A DNA stretch of 36,728 nucleotides from assembly GCA_964505365.1 (NCBI GenBank), contig CAZDIF010000001.1, forward strand, positions 6,056 to 42,783, given 5' to 3'. Source of the DNA: an uncultured Actinomycetota bacterium. Lineage in GTDB: Bacteria > Actinomycetota > Nitriliruptoria > Nitriliruptorales > Nitriliruptoraceae. The notes beneath the pieces are model-generated. The model did not search any database and was not told the origin of the DNA. It saw only the letters and a list, made by a program, of their open reading frames with translations. Both the position numbers and the translations under genes were made by a program. Shown here piece by piece: positions 8,224-17,485 of this stretch. Numbering within the stretch: the stretch's first letter is position 1; every line of letters starts with the position of its first letter.

Positions 8224-9452
8224 CCAGCCGTGGAGATCTGGCGAACACCCTCGACATGCTCTACGTCATCGGCACGTACCCGATCCTGACCACCACGTTC
8301 ATCGACCGGGAAATCGCATCGATGCGCAAGGACGGGGCTGCTGTCGGTGTCGTGTCCCTCCGAAGACCGACAGGCAAGCTGTCCCACGACCAGCGCGCCA
8401 TGGCGGACGTCACCCACTACCTGTTGCCCGTTCGGACCCATGATGTGCTGCGCGCACACGCGGCGATCATCGCACGGCATCCACTCAGGTACGTGGCACT
8501 GGTGGTGGGGCTGGTGCGACGCCCGCACCCGACTCTGCGTGCCCGCGCACGAACGCTCCTCCACATCACCGAAGGGGTCTGCGTGGCGCATGTGGTGCAC
8601 ACGCGCCTTCGGACGCAGCGACTCCACGCCCACTTTCTCGACCGGGCCGCGTTGGTGGCCCTGGTGGTGGGGCGACTGCTCGACATCCCGTACAGCGTTA
8701 CGGGCCACGCCAGCGACATCTTCGTCGACCCGGTACTCCTTGCGGAGAAGATCAACGCAGCCACGTCGGTCACGACCTGCACCGAGTACAACGCCCGTCA
8801 TCTCGCATCCCTCGCCGACGCTCGCGACCATGTCAAGATCCGTTGCATCCACCATGGGATCGACGCGGAGCGCTACCGACCGGGAACGGAGCGGAAGGGG
8901 AGACCGCCGATCGTTCTGTCCGTCGGACAACTCCGTGAAAAGAAGGGCCACATCCACCTGCTCCAGGCCTGTCGACAGCTGATGGACCGCGGGCAGGACT
9001 TCACCTGCGAGATCGTGGGCGACGGTCCGCTCCGCCACCACCTCGAGTCGTTGGCGTCGGATCTGGGCCTCGAGGGAACCGTGGTGTTCCGAGGAGCGCT
9101 GCCGTGGGACGAGGTGCGAGCGCGCTACCGGACTGCCTCCGTCTTCGCGCTGGCCTCCGTCACGGCCCGGGATGGCGACCGGGACGGGATCCCCAACGTC
9201 ATCCTGGAGGCCATGGCGATGGAGCTGCCGGTCGTGTCGACCGACCACTCGGGCATCCCGGAGGCTGTCCTGCACGGGCACACGGGACTGCTCGTCCCTC
9301 CCGGGGACTCCGTGGCGCTCGCGGACGCCATCGGTGCCCTGCTGGCGGATCCGGACTGGGCACGGGCACTCGGACGGGGCGGTCGGCACCGCGTCGTCGA
9401 GGCCTTCGACGTGGAGAGCAACGTCCGGCGACTTCGCGAGGTGATGGCGTGA
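8220..9452 (+). CDS. GT4-family glycosyltransferase (WcaL-like)
   Basis: GT-B C-terminal signature: GIPNVILEAMAMELPVVSTDHSGIPEAV..G.TGLLVPPGD (EX7E region). The start is either the GTGA overlap at 8220 or ATG 8256 (MLYVIGTYP). Confidence 0.85.
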   Translation: MTSRGDLANTLDMLYVIGTYPILTTTFIDREIASMRKDGAAVGVVSLRRPTGKLSHDQRAMADVTHYLLPVRTHDVLRAHAAIIARHPLRYVALVVGLVRRPHPTLRARARTLLHITEGVCVAHVVHTRLRTQRLHAHFLDRAALVALVVGRLLDIPYSVTGHASDIFVDPVLLAEKINAATSVTTCTEYNARHLASLADARDHVKIRCIHHGIDAERYRPGTERKGRPPIVLSVGQLREKKGHIHLLQACRQLMDRGQDFTCEIVGDGPLRHHLESLASDLGLEGTVVFRGALPWDEVRARYRTASVFALASVTARDGDRDGIPNVILEAMAMELPVVSTDHSGIPEAVLHGHTGLLVPPGDSVALADAIGALLADPDWARALGRGGRHRVVEAFDVESNVRRLREVMA

Positions 9453-10504
9453 CGACATCCGTAGAGACAGCCGACGTGGCCAGGACGCTGGCAGGTCGCG
9501 CCCTGTTCGTCGTGTGGGGTCCCCCGAGCTACGGCCCGCGCAGCCGGGCCTTCGCGCGTGAGCTGGAGATCGACGTCCATTTCGTGACGTCGTTCAGCCG
9601 ACGCGGGCTGGTCACCGCGCCACTGCGCTATGCCATCCAGGCCGTCCGGACGCTGTGGCTGCTGCAACGTCACCGGCCGGATGTGGTCTTCGTCCAGAGT
9701 CCGCCCAGCCTCGCGGTGCTGTGTGTCCACCTCTACGCGGTCGTGTCGGGTGCCGCCTATGTGGTCGACGCGCACAGCGGGGCGTTCGACCTGCCCTACT
9801 GGCGACGTCCACGGTGGCTCCACCGCCGGCTCCTCGGGCATGCCGTGACGACCGTGGTCACCAACGGGCACATGGCCGACGTCGTCCACGACGACGGGGG
9901 CCGATCCATGGTTGTTCGGGACGTCCCGACCGGGTTTCCAATCGGGGCACGGCCGGCCCTACCAGACGCGTTCAACGTCGCCGTGGTCAGCAGCTTCGCC
10001 CCGGACGAGCCCCTCGAGGCCATCGTGTCGGCCGCCGCCGACACGCCCGATGTCGTGTACCACGTCACCGGTCCGAACCACCGGGCACCGGGTCGCGTGC
10101 CGTCCCCCTTGCCGCCCAACGTCCACCTCACGGGCTTCCTACCCGACGAGGACTACTACGGCCTGTTGTCGTCAGTCGATGCCGTGATGTGCCTGACCAC
10201 CCGCGACCACACGATGCAACGGGGTGCCTGCGAGGCGCTCTCACTGGGAACGCCGCTCATCACCTCTCAGTGGGACGTCCTGACGGAGTACTTCGAACTG
10301 GGCACCGTCCACGTGGACGCGACAACGGAGGACATCCTCCGCGGCATCCGAGAGATGAGAACGGAACACGCGCGGCACCGCAAGGGCATGCAGGAACTTC
10401 GTGACCAGCGGCAGGAGGAGTGGCGGCGGGCCCGTGACGGGCTGGTGGAGCAACTGTCCCCGCTCATCGCGTCGAGGGCAGCAGTCGCCACACAGGAGGG
10501 GTGA
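9449..10504 (+). CDS. GT-B fold glycosyltransferase (divergent, family uncertain)
   Basis: The real start is GTG 9449 (GTGA overlap with the upstream stop). Two Rossmann-like halves are visible: ALFVVWGPPSYGPRS at the N-terminus and VHLTGFLPDEDYYGLLSSVDAVMCLT...GACEALSLGTPLITS at the C-terminus. The upstream 115 codons of ORF 9104..10504 are out-of-frame overlap. Confidence 0.6.
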   Translation: MTTSVETADVARTLAGRALFVVWGPPSYGPRSRAFARELEIDVHFVTSFSRRGLVTAPLRYAIQAVRTLWLLQRHRPDVVFVQSPPSLAVLCVHLYAVVSGAAYVVDAHSGAFDLPYWRRPRWLHRRLLGHAVTTVVTNGHMADVVHDDGGRSMVVRDVPTGFPIGARPALPDAFNVAVVSSFAPDEPLEAIVSAAADTPDVVYHVTGPNHRAPGRVPSPLPPNVHLTGFLPDEDYYGLLSSVDAVMCLTTRDHTMQRGACEALSLGTPLITSQWDVLTEYFELGTVHVDATTEDILRGIREMRTEHARHRKGMQELRDQRQEEWRRARDGLVEQLSPLIASRAAVATQEG

Positions 10505-10509
10505 GTCCA

Positions 10510-11808
10510 ATGTCCAGGATCAGCGTGTTCGGCCTCGGCTATGTGGGCGCTGTGACGGCCGCCGTGCTCGCCGAAGACGGGCACACCGTCATCGGCGTCG
10601 ACGCGAACCCCAGCAAGGTCGCGGCCGTCGCCGGCGGTCGAGCCCCGGTGGTGGAACTCGGACTCGACGACCTGATCCTGCGCGGTGTGCGCTCTGGGCA
10701 GCTTCGAGCGACGGCCGACGTCGATGAGGCCGTGTCGGGCTCCGACATCTCCATGATCTGTGTCGGTACGCCGAGTCTCGAGAGTGGGGGTCTCGACCTG
10801 TCGCAGGTCGAGAAGGTCTGTGGCGAGATCGGCCACCGTCTCCGTGACAAGGCCGCACCGCACACCGTCGTCGTCCGGAGCACCCTCCTGCCAGGAAGTA
10901 CCGACCAGGTCGTCATCCCAGCGCTCGAGGGTACGTCTGGCCGCATCGTCGGCCAGGGCGTGCTCGTCGGTGTGAACCCCGAATTTCTCCGCGAAGGTTC
11001 GTCACTGAAGGACTTCTACGATCCGCCGTTCACGATCGTCGGGGCGGACGACGACCAGACGGCGCGGTCCATCGCGGAACTGTACGAGGGGGCGCCGTCG
11101 CCGCCCCTCGTGGTCCCGGTCCGTGTCGCGGAGATGCTCAAGTACGCCTGCAACGCCTTCCACGCCCTCAAGATTGTGTTCGCCAACGAGATCGACAGCA
11201 TCTGCCTGCGGCAGGGAATCGACAGCACCCAGATGATGGAGATCTTCTGCCGCGACACCAAGCTGAACGTCTCCCCCCGGTACCTGCGGCCCGGCTTCGC
11301 CTTCGGGGGCTCATGCCTTCCGAAGGACCTGCGGGCGCTCGTGCACCATGCGCGCCACCTGGACGTGGACACCCCGGTCCTGGGCGCCATCCTGCGCAGC
11401 AACCGGGACCACGTCTCCCGTGCGCTCCAGGAGGTCATGGCCACCGGCGAACGACGGATCGGACTGGTCGGCCTCAGTTTCAAGCCCGGTACGGACGACC
11501 TGCGCGAGAGTCCCCTCGTGGAACTGGCCGAGCGACTCATCGGCAAGGGCTACGACCTCCGGGTTCACGACCCCCACGTCGCCGTGGCAAACCTGGTGGG
11601 CGCGAACCGGCGCTACATCGAACGGGAGATCCCCCACATCGCCACACTCATGGTCGACACCCCCGCCGAACTCCTCCGCGACTCGGAGGTCATCGTGCTC
11701 GGCCACGACTCGCCGGACGCGAGAGCGGTGACCCGCCAGCTCTCGGCGCACCATCGGGTCATCGACCTGGTCCGCAGCGGTGCACACGCACAGGTCCCGG
11801 TGGGGTGA
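10510..11808 (+). CDS. Nucleotide-sugar 6-dehydrogenase, GDP-mannose 6-dehydrogenase (AlgD)-like
   Basis: Motifs ISVFGLGYVG, NPEFLREGSSLKDFYDPPFTIVG and the catalytic Cys motif PGFAFGGSCLPKD. These match my recollection of AlgD better than Ugd (GGxCFxKD). AGGAGG at 10493..10498. The start is ATG 10510 or GTG 10501. Confidence 0.8.
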   Translation: MSRISVFGLGYVGAVTAAVLAEDGHTVIGVDANPSKVAAVAGGRAPVVELGLDDLILRGVRSGQLRATADVDEAVSGSDISMICVGTPSLESGGLDLSQVEKVCGEIGHRLRDKAAPHTVVVRSTLLPGSTDQVVIPALEGTSGRIVGQGVLVGVNPEFLREGSSLKDFYDPPFTIVGADDDQTARSIAELYEGAPSPPLVVPVRVAEMLKYACNAFHALKIVFANEIDSICLRQGIDSTQMMEIFCRDTKLNVSPRYLRPGFAFGGSCLPKDLRALVHHARHLDVDTPVLGAILRSNRDHVSRALQEVMATGERRIGLVGLSFKPGTDDLRESPLVELAERLIGKGYDLRVHDPHVAVANLVGANRRYIEREIPHIATLMVDTPAELLRDSEVIVLGHDSPDARAVTRQLSAHHRVIDLVRSGAHAQVPVG

Positions 11809-11815
11809 GAACCGA

Positions 11816-12841
11816 TCAGACCCGCGCTCCGCTGGGAAGTCGCCGGTACATCTCGTAACCCGCCCGGGCCAGTCGCAGGCGAACCGGCGCATGGGTCCGC
11901 GTGTGCCGCCCGTAGCACACCAGGTCGCCGCCGAACTTCGCCTTGAAGTCCCGGACTCCGTACGCCTCGTCTGGGCGGCCCGCCCCACCGAAGTCGTACA
12001 CCCGGTAGCCCTCTTCCGATGCACGACGCAGGACATCCCACATCAACAACTCGTTCGGAGTGGACCTCGAGTACTGGCGGTCGACTCCCCCATACCACCC
12101 GTACACGGTGTCGCCATGGGCGAGTTCGGCCGACGCGGCGACGATGGTCTCACCGATCCGCGCCAGCACGAAGCGCACCATGCCCCGGGGCACGAGCACC
12201 TCATGGGCAGCACGGAACAGGGACGCGTCGGCCAACGGCACGCGAGCGTTGCGGTACGTCTCCTCCAGGATCCGGTACCACGCGGTGAGGTCCTCCCGGC
12301 TGACGGCATCCTCGACAAGCACCTCACCCTGTCGCAGGCCCCTGCGGATTTGCTTCCGCGTGCTCCGGCTGATCGAGGCGAGCAGGTCGTCCGCCGGCCG
12401 GTCGAGGTCGATGAGGTAGTTCAGGTGATCCTCGTACGTGTAGCCGTTCGCCTCCAGGACGTCTCCGACTGGGCCGGCGTCCACGATGTGGCGCAACTCG
12501 GTCAGCAGCACGGCATGGTGCACGCTCGCCTCGTGGGTCCGCAGGAGCCGGTCCACGGCGTTGATCCCGTCGGGCCCCGGCACGTGGAGGATGCCACCGT
12601 AGACAATCGAACGGGTCGCGACCCGACGCGCGACATCGGGCCCGACGGCCACCTCGACCGGGACCAGCAGGGCGAGGACCTCCCCCGCGCGCCTCGCCGC
12701 GAGGAGTGATGGTCGGTGCCCTCGAGCCCGGCGGAACGTCTCGAACATCTCTGGGGTCTGGAAGACGTTTCCCCCCGGCGTCGCCGCCACGAACTCCCGC
12801 CACTGGCCGTCAGGCAGCCTCCGAACCACCTCGATGGTCAT
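11816..12841 (-). CDS. FemAB-family / Acetyltransf_6 (GNAT-fold) aminoacyl- or acyl-transferase
   Basis: 341 aa. The C-terminal block GYRVYDFGGAGRPDEAYGVRDFKAKFGG is typical of FemX/FemAB-like transferases found in EPS loci. The start forms an ATGA overlap with the ATP-grasp stop. Confidence 0.7.
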   Translation of the reverse strand: MTIEVVRRLPDGQWREFVAATPGGNVFQTPEMFETFRRARGHRPSLLAARRAGEVLALLVPVEVAVGPDVARRVATRSIVYGGILHVPGPDGINAVDRLLRTHEASVHHAVLLTELRHIVDAGPVGDVLEANGYTYEDHLNYLIDLDRPADDLLASISRSTRKQIRRGLRQGEVLVEDAVSREDLTAWYRILEETYRNARVPLADASLFRAAHEVLVPRGMVRFVLARIGETIVAASAELAHGDTVYGWYGGVDRQYSRSTPNELLMWDVLRRASEEGYRVYDFGGAGRPDEAYGVRDFKAKFGGDLVCYGRHTRTHAPVRLRLARAGYEMYRRLPSGARV

Positions 12842-14097
12842 TCGGGATCACCCCGGGTGACCACGGCTGCGGCCGTTTCGTAGTCCCGTGCGTGCCGTTC
12901 CCTGGCCGACAGCAACAGGCGCCCCGCACGGAGGAGATCACCCACGAAGGGACCCGGGTCGGACCATGAGAACAGGGCGTGGGCCTTGTGTCCTCGGAGG
13001 GACCGCCGCCACTCGCCCAGCGACAGATCGCCCCTCCGCCACATGGTCACGGCTGACTGCAGGTCGTGACGCAGGTGGATCCACTTGACCGTCCCGTACT
13101 GCTGTTCCAGGTTGGGGGGCAGCGGCAGGTCGTTGGCGTCGCAGTACATCGCGTACAGCAGATCGACCCCGCCGGCCTCGGCGATCGATGACCGTCCCGT
13201 GGGGCGGCCCACGTTCGGCTCGATGATCACGTACTCGCCGGTGATCGCATGCTGCTTGACCTCGACGTACCCGAGCCCGCGGTAGGCAAGACTGCCCCAC
13301 AACCGCGTCGCGATGTCGAGCACCTCGTCGTTGCGGCACTCCTGTCCCAGGCTGCTCTCGCCGGTGTCGACCGGCCACTGTCGCAGCTTGCGTGCCACGA
13401 AGGTGCCGACCGGACGATGGTCGTCCCCAACGTGGGCATTGACCGAGTAGAGGTTGCTGATCGGACCCGGTATCCACTCCTGGGCGATCAGGACGTCCGC
13501 CAGGGACGCGAGCCGCGCGTACGCGGCGAGAAGCGCCTCGGGGTCAGGGACGATGTAGGCCTTCAATCGACTCTGACGCTCCCACTCGGGCGTCGCCGAC
13601 AGCGGTGGCTTCAGCACGCAGGGAAAGGTCAGCTCCCGCGTGGCCCGTTCCGCATCCGACGGTTCCGACAGGTAGACCGAGCGCGGAACGCGGAAGCCGT
13701 GCTGCATCGCCCATGGATAGAAGCACGCCTTGTCCATCAGCATCTCGACCACGTCAGGATCAGGCAGTCGGATCCGATACCACGGCTCGAGCACGGATCG
13801 ATGACGGGAGATCGTGCGCACATGGGCGTCGGTCACGGGGACCAGAACGCCGGGGAGAGCAAGCGTGGAACCCAGATCCTGCAGTGCGGCGACCACAGCA
13901 TCCTCGCCCTCGGACGCGACGACGATCTGTTCGCACAGCCGTGTTCGACATCCAAAGTGTCCGGGGTCCTGCACCAGTCCCACCACCGGCACACCCCGGC
14001 CAGCGAGCACACGGGCGGCCTGAATGCCGTTGATGTGGTCGAGCCCGACGATGACTGCGCGGGGGTTCGTCGGATCGGCCCGGCTTCGTCGTCTCAT
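12838..14097 (-). CDS. ATP-grasp family carboxylate-amine ligase
   Basis: 419 aa. A pre-ATP-grasp Rossmann-like N-terminus (AVIVGLDHINGIQAARVL) is followed by FPCVLKP, LIAQEWIPG and YVEVK...YVIIEPNVGRP (ATP-grasp Mg/ATP motifs). ATGA overlap with the upstream stop. Confidence 0.75.
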   Translation of the reverse strand: MRRRSRADPTNPRAVIVGLDHINGIQAARVLAGRGVPVVGLVQDPGHFGCRTRLCEQIVVASEGEDAVVAALQDLGSTLALPGVLVPVTDAHVRTISRHRSVLEPWYRIRLPDPDVVEMLMDKACFYPWAMQHGFRVPRSVYLSEPSDAERATRELTFPCVLKPPLSATPEWERQSRLKAYIVPDPEALLAAYARLASLADVLIAQEWIPGPISNLYSVNAHVGDDHRPVGTFVARKLRQWPVDTGESSLGQECRNDEVLDIATRLWGSLAYRGLGYVEVKQHAITGEYVIIEPNVGRPTGRSSIAEAGGVDLLYAMYCDANDLPLPPNLEQQYGTVKWIHLRHDLQSAVTMWRRGDLSLGEWRRSLRGHKAHALFSWSDPGPFVGDLLRAGRLLLSARERHARDYETAAAVVTRGDPE

Positions 14098-14876
14098 GGT
14101 CGCACCCCGTGCCCCGAACTCGGAACCACGGAGGGCGAGGTGTCCAGAAGCGCCTGGATGACCGACTGGACCGTGACGACGACCTCCGCCAACGGACGCG
14201 TCGCATCCACGCGCACGAACTCACGACGACCCGCCCCCCAGTCCTGGATCACACGGCGCCAACGTTCGAGGCGGCGCGCCGTGGCGTCCCCCTTGCGTCC
14301 CGCGGCGACCTCGCCCGGGGTGTCGAGATGGATCACCAGGTCGGGAGGTGGTACGAGTCGCTGCACGAGTCGACGTTCGAGGCGGTCCAGGGCGTGGACC
14401 TCCGAACGTCCCGGGTCGGCCAGGGCGATCGTGGCCTCGAGCGGGATGTAGCGGTCGTACACCACCACGACACCTTGGCGTCGATCGCTGGCCGCGCCGC
14501 GGCCACGCCACCAGGCCTCGAGCACCCGGTTGGCCATGGCCACCATGGAGCGAGTTCGCGAGTACTTCGAACGCTTCGGTCGGCGGGGTTCCGAGGGCGC
14601 AGCCGTACGTGGCTGCAGGGTTGAGGCCCTGTCCGCCCGGCGTCGGAGCGCGCGCGCTGCCGCCGAGGAGGGCAGGAGCGCATTGCTGGAGCCCAGGCTC
14701 TGCCCCATGTAGAGGTACCGGGACGGCCACGGCCCTGTCGCGGCCAGCTGCTGGGCAACCGTGGTCTTCCCCGATCCGTCGATCCCGACCAGCGCGACGA
14801 TGGCCCCGCCGTCGCGGGCGCCCCTCCTCCGGAGGTGTCCTTCACGTCTTGCGACAGAAGAAGATGTTCTCGTCAT
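14094..14876 (-). CDS. dTMP-kinase-like P-loop kinase (unknown substrate)
   Basis: P-loop VALVGIDGSGKTT, DRY(I/F) motif VVVVYDRYIPLE and lid-like PPDLVIHLDTPGEVAAGRKGD. It is a paralogue of the C-terminal half of 27539..29110. ATG 14876 overlaps the methyltransferase 3' end by 35 nt. Confidence 0.65.
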   Translation of the reverse strand: MTRTSSSVARREGHLRRRGARDGGAIVALVGIDGSGKTTVAQQLAATGPWPSRYLYMGQSLGSSNALLPSSAAARALRRRADRASTLQPRTAAPSEPRRPKRSKYSRTRSMVAMANRVLEAWWRGRGAASDRRQGVVVVYDRYIPLEATIALADPGRSEVHALDRLERRLVQRLVPPPDLVIHLDTPGEVAAGRKGDATARRLERWRRVIQDWGAGRREFVRVDATRPLAEVVVTVQSVIQALLDTSPSVVPSSGHGVRP

Positions 14877-15597
14877 CGCGTAGCCCGTATCGGTTCAGTG
14901 TGTGGGCGTCGATGTCCGCCGCCAGGTCGACGTCAACCTCGAAGCCCACGGATTCCAGTCGATCGATCACGTCGTGCCCGTACACGCGGACGTGTGCACG
15001 CTCGCCGAAGGCGCGCTTGCGCTCCCGGGGGTCGGTGATCGTCGAGTCCTCGTACGTCGACTCGTCCATCCGCGTCGGGACCGTCACCAGCGCCCATCCC
15101 CCCGGTGCGAGCACGCGATGCAGCTCCGCCATCGCCGCCAGGTCGTCCTCGATCTCCTCGAGCACGTGGACACAGATCGCCGCGTCGAACCGTTCGGACG
15201 GCAATGGGGTGGCCGTGAGATCCCCCACGACGTCGACGTGCGGTCCCGGGACCAGGTCGAGGCCCACGTGCTCGATGTTCGGCATGCGGGCAAAGCGACG
15301 AGCGAATCCGTACTTGGGGGACACGTGGAACAGGCGTGTCGGCGCCGTGAACAGGTCCGTGTGCTCCTGCAGGTACAACCAGATGCGCCGGTGTCTCGCC
15401 TTCACGTTGCATCTCGGGCAGTAGCCGTCAGCACGTGGCTTCAGGGACGTGCCACCCCTGGTGAACGTGCGGACGTGCCATCCACAGCAGGGGCACACAT
15501 GCCCGCGGCCGACGAACAGCGTGGCCCGAGCGGCCAGCACGGCGTCGATGGCCCCGAGGAGCGCCGGGGGTGGCGAGGCGAGCAGCGTCGACGACAA
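14842..15597 (-). CDS. Class I SAM-dependent methyltransferase with an N-terminal Cys4 zinc ribbon
   Basis: CPCCG..17 aa..CPRC is followed by a Methyltransf_11-like core (VGLDLVPGP, FDAAICVHVLEEIEDD, LAPGGWALV). The listed start is TTG 15597, 3 nt after the PepM stop. GTG 15540 is an alternative. Confidence 0.75.
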   Translation of the reverse strand: MSSTLLASPPPALLGAIDAVLAARATLFVGRGHVCPCCGWHVRTFTRGGTSLKPRADGYCPRCNVKARHRRIWLYLQEHTDLFTAPTRLFHVSPKYGFARRFARMPNIEHVGLDLVPGPHVDVVGDLTATPLPSERFDAAICVHVLEEIEDDLAAMAELHRVLAPGGWALVTVPTRMDESTYEDSTITDPRERKRAFGERAHVRVYGHDVIDRLESVGFEVDVDLAADIDAHTLNRYGLRDDENIFFCRKT

Positions 15598-15600
15598 GGC

Positions 15601-16491
15601 CTATCCGCCGACCACGGCGGAGGACGGCAGGTACCTGGCCTCCGCCTCCGCAAGTTCGGCGGCCCCCTGCAACCGGAAGACCTCCTGCACGCTCACGATC
15701 CGGTCCTCGACGGTTCCAACACTGTGCTCACGGAACACCTGGGCCGCCGTCTGTTGCATCGCCACGATGCAGGCACGCATCAGGTGGTTGGCCCAGATGA
15801 TCATGCTCACACCTGCCTCCTCCAGCACGGACGTGGGGGTGCGGCTGTAAGTGGTCGGTACCACCACCACCGGGCAGTCGCGGTCCCAGCGATCCATGAA
15901 CGAGAGCACCTCCTCCGCGGTGGACTGCTTGCTGTGCACCAGGACGGCGTCCGCGCCCGCATCGCGGTAGGCCGCCGCACGGCACAGCGCATCTTCGAGA
16001 CCGCGTCCCGCGATGAACGCCTCGGTGCGGGCAACCACGCAGAAATCCGGATCGACCTGGGTGTCCTTCGCTGCGGTGAGCTTGCCGCAGAACTCGCGAA
16101 TGTCCGCGAGGGGTTGCTTCTCGCCAGCGATGAACGAGTTGGTCTTCGGAAACAGCTTGTCCTCGATGCACATCGCGGCGACGCCGCGCTGCTCCAGCTT
16201 GTGCACCAGGCGCCGGACGTTGTTGAAGTTGCCGTACCCGGTATCGGCGTCGACCAGGATGGGGATCGAGGTCGCGTCACTCATGAACTCGAGCACCTCG
16301 AGCACCTGGGTCCAGCTCGCCTCGTTGTTGTCGCGGACGCCCATCGCGGCCGAGATGCACAATCCGCTCGCCCAGATGCCGGCGAAGCCCGCCTCCTCCA
16401 CGATGCGGGCGCTCACTCCATCGTGGGCTTCCATCAGGAACGTTCCCCCGGGGGCCTCGAGCGCCTGCCGGAATGTCGTCGTCTTCCTCAC
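15601..16491 (-). CDS. pepM: Phosphoenolpyruvate phosphomutase
   Basis: The full PepM catalytic signature is present: [50 protein letters not shown] (the diagnostic EDKx5NS motif), [10 protein letters not shown] and AVLVHSK. Confidence 0.92.
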   Translation of the reverse strand: MRKTTTFRQALEAPGGTFLMEAHDGVSARIVEEAGFAGIWASGLCISAAMGVRDNNEASWTQVLEVLEFMSDATSIPILVDADTGYGNFNNVRRLVHKLEQRGVAAMCIEDKLFPKTNSFIAGEKQPLADIREFCGKLTAAKDTQVDPDFCVVARTEAFIAGRGLEDALCRAAAYRDAGADAVLVHSKQSTAEEVLSFMDRWDRDCPVVVVPTTYSRTPTSVLEEAGVSMIIWANHLMRACIVAMQQTAAQVFREHSVGTVEDRIVSVQEVFRLQGAAELAEAEARYLPSSAVVGG

Positions 16492-16498
16492 GGCTGTG

Positions 16499-17485
16499 TC
16501 ACCCTCCCGCGCCGTTCACCGACGCCGTCATTGCGTCCGCGCACACGCGGACACTCCCCTGGTCGTCCCCGCGTTCGTACGCGTCGATGCAGGCCACGAC
16601 GCGCCGGCCGATGTCCGCCTGTGCGTCACTGGCCATGGCACCGATGTGGGGCGTGAGCAGCACGTTCGGCAGGTCTGCCAGGGGCGAGTGCTGGCCCTCC
16701 CCTTCCTTCTCATGGACGTCGAGGGCGGCGCCCGCCAGGCGCCCCTCGACGAGGGCCTCGCGTAGCGCTGACTCGTCGACCACTCCCCCGCGGGCGAGGT
16801 TCAGCAGGTACGCGTCGGGCTTCATCAGGCCGATGAGATCCGCGTCGACCAGGTCACGGGTTGCCGCGGTCAGCGGGACGTGGACCGTGACGTAGTCACC
16901 CAAGGCCATGACGTCCTCGATCGGAACGATCTCAGCTCCCCGGCACCGCAGGCGCGTGGCGACCATCTCACCGGGTCGGTCCACACATCCGACGACGCGC
17001 ATGCCCCAGGCCATGCCGAGCTCAGCCACGTAGCCACCGATGTTGCCCATGCCCACGATGCCCAGCACCTTCTCCCTGATCAGGCGCCCCTCGAGCTCGT
17101 GTTTGAGCCAGCGCCCCTGGCGCATCGACAGGTCAGCCTCACGCAGGTGTCTGCTCAACGCCAACATGAGGGCGAAGGTCAGTTCTGCGACCGCTCTGGC
17201 CCCGGGCTCCGGAATCGGTACCAGCGTGACGCCACGGCGTACGCATGCATCGACGTCCACGTTGTCGAGACCGGAGCCGGCACGCACCAGCAGCCCGAGA
17301 CGCGGCGCAGCCTCGAGGACCTCGGCGTCGACGGTTACCCCGCTCCGGAAGACGAGTACGTCCTGATCCCGGGCAGCCTGGCGGAGATCCCTGACTCCGA
17401 GATCGAAGGCACACGTGACCTCGTGCCGATGGGACAGGACCTGGATGGCATGCTCGTCGATCCGACTGACAACCAGGATCCTCAT
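16499..17485 (-). CDS. NAD-dependent D-isomer-specific 2-hydroxyacid dehydrogenase (PGDH-like); candidate phosphonopyruvate reductase
   Basis: NAD-binding site [13 protein letters not shown] and the catalytic R/E/H triad context ([28 protein letters not shown]). The family call is solid. The substrate is inferred from the 7-nt spacing to pepM. Confidence 0.85.
   Translation of the reverse strand: MRILVVSRIDEHAIQVLSHRHEVTCAFDLGVRDLRQAARDQDVLVFRSGVTVDAEVLEAAPRLGLLVRAGSGLDNVDVDACVRRGVTLVPIPEPGARAVAELTFALMLALSRHLREADLSMRQGRWLKHELEGRLIREKVLGIVGMGNIGGYVAELGMAWGMRVVGCVDRPGEMVATRLRCRGAEIVPIEDVMALGDYVTVHVPLTAATRDLVDADLIGLMKPDAYLLNLARGGVVDESALREALVEGRLAGAALDVHEKEGEGQHSPLADLPNVLLTPHIGAMASDAQADIGRRVVACIDAYERGDDQGSVRVCADAMTASVNGAGG

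Noticed and set aside
15601-16491. Alternative identity of the PepM call as another isocitrate-lyase-superfamily member (methylisocitrate lyase, carboxy-PEP mutase, oxaloacetate decarboxylase, phosphonopyruvate hydrolase)
   Set aside because: The discriminating EDKx5NS motif and the [11 protein letters not shown] block are both present. Phosphonopyruvate hydrolase cannot be fully excluded by eye, which is why this is listed as a refutation route for the finding.
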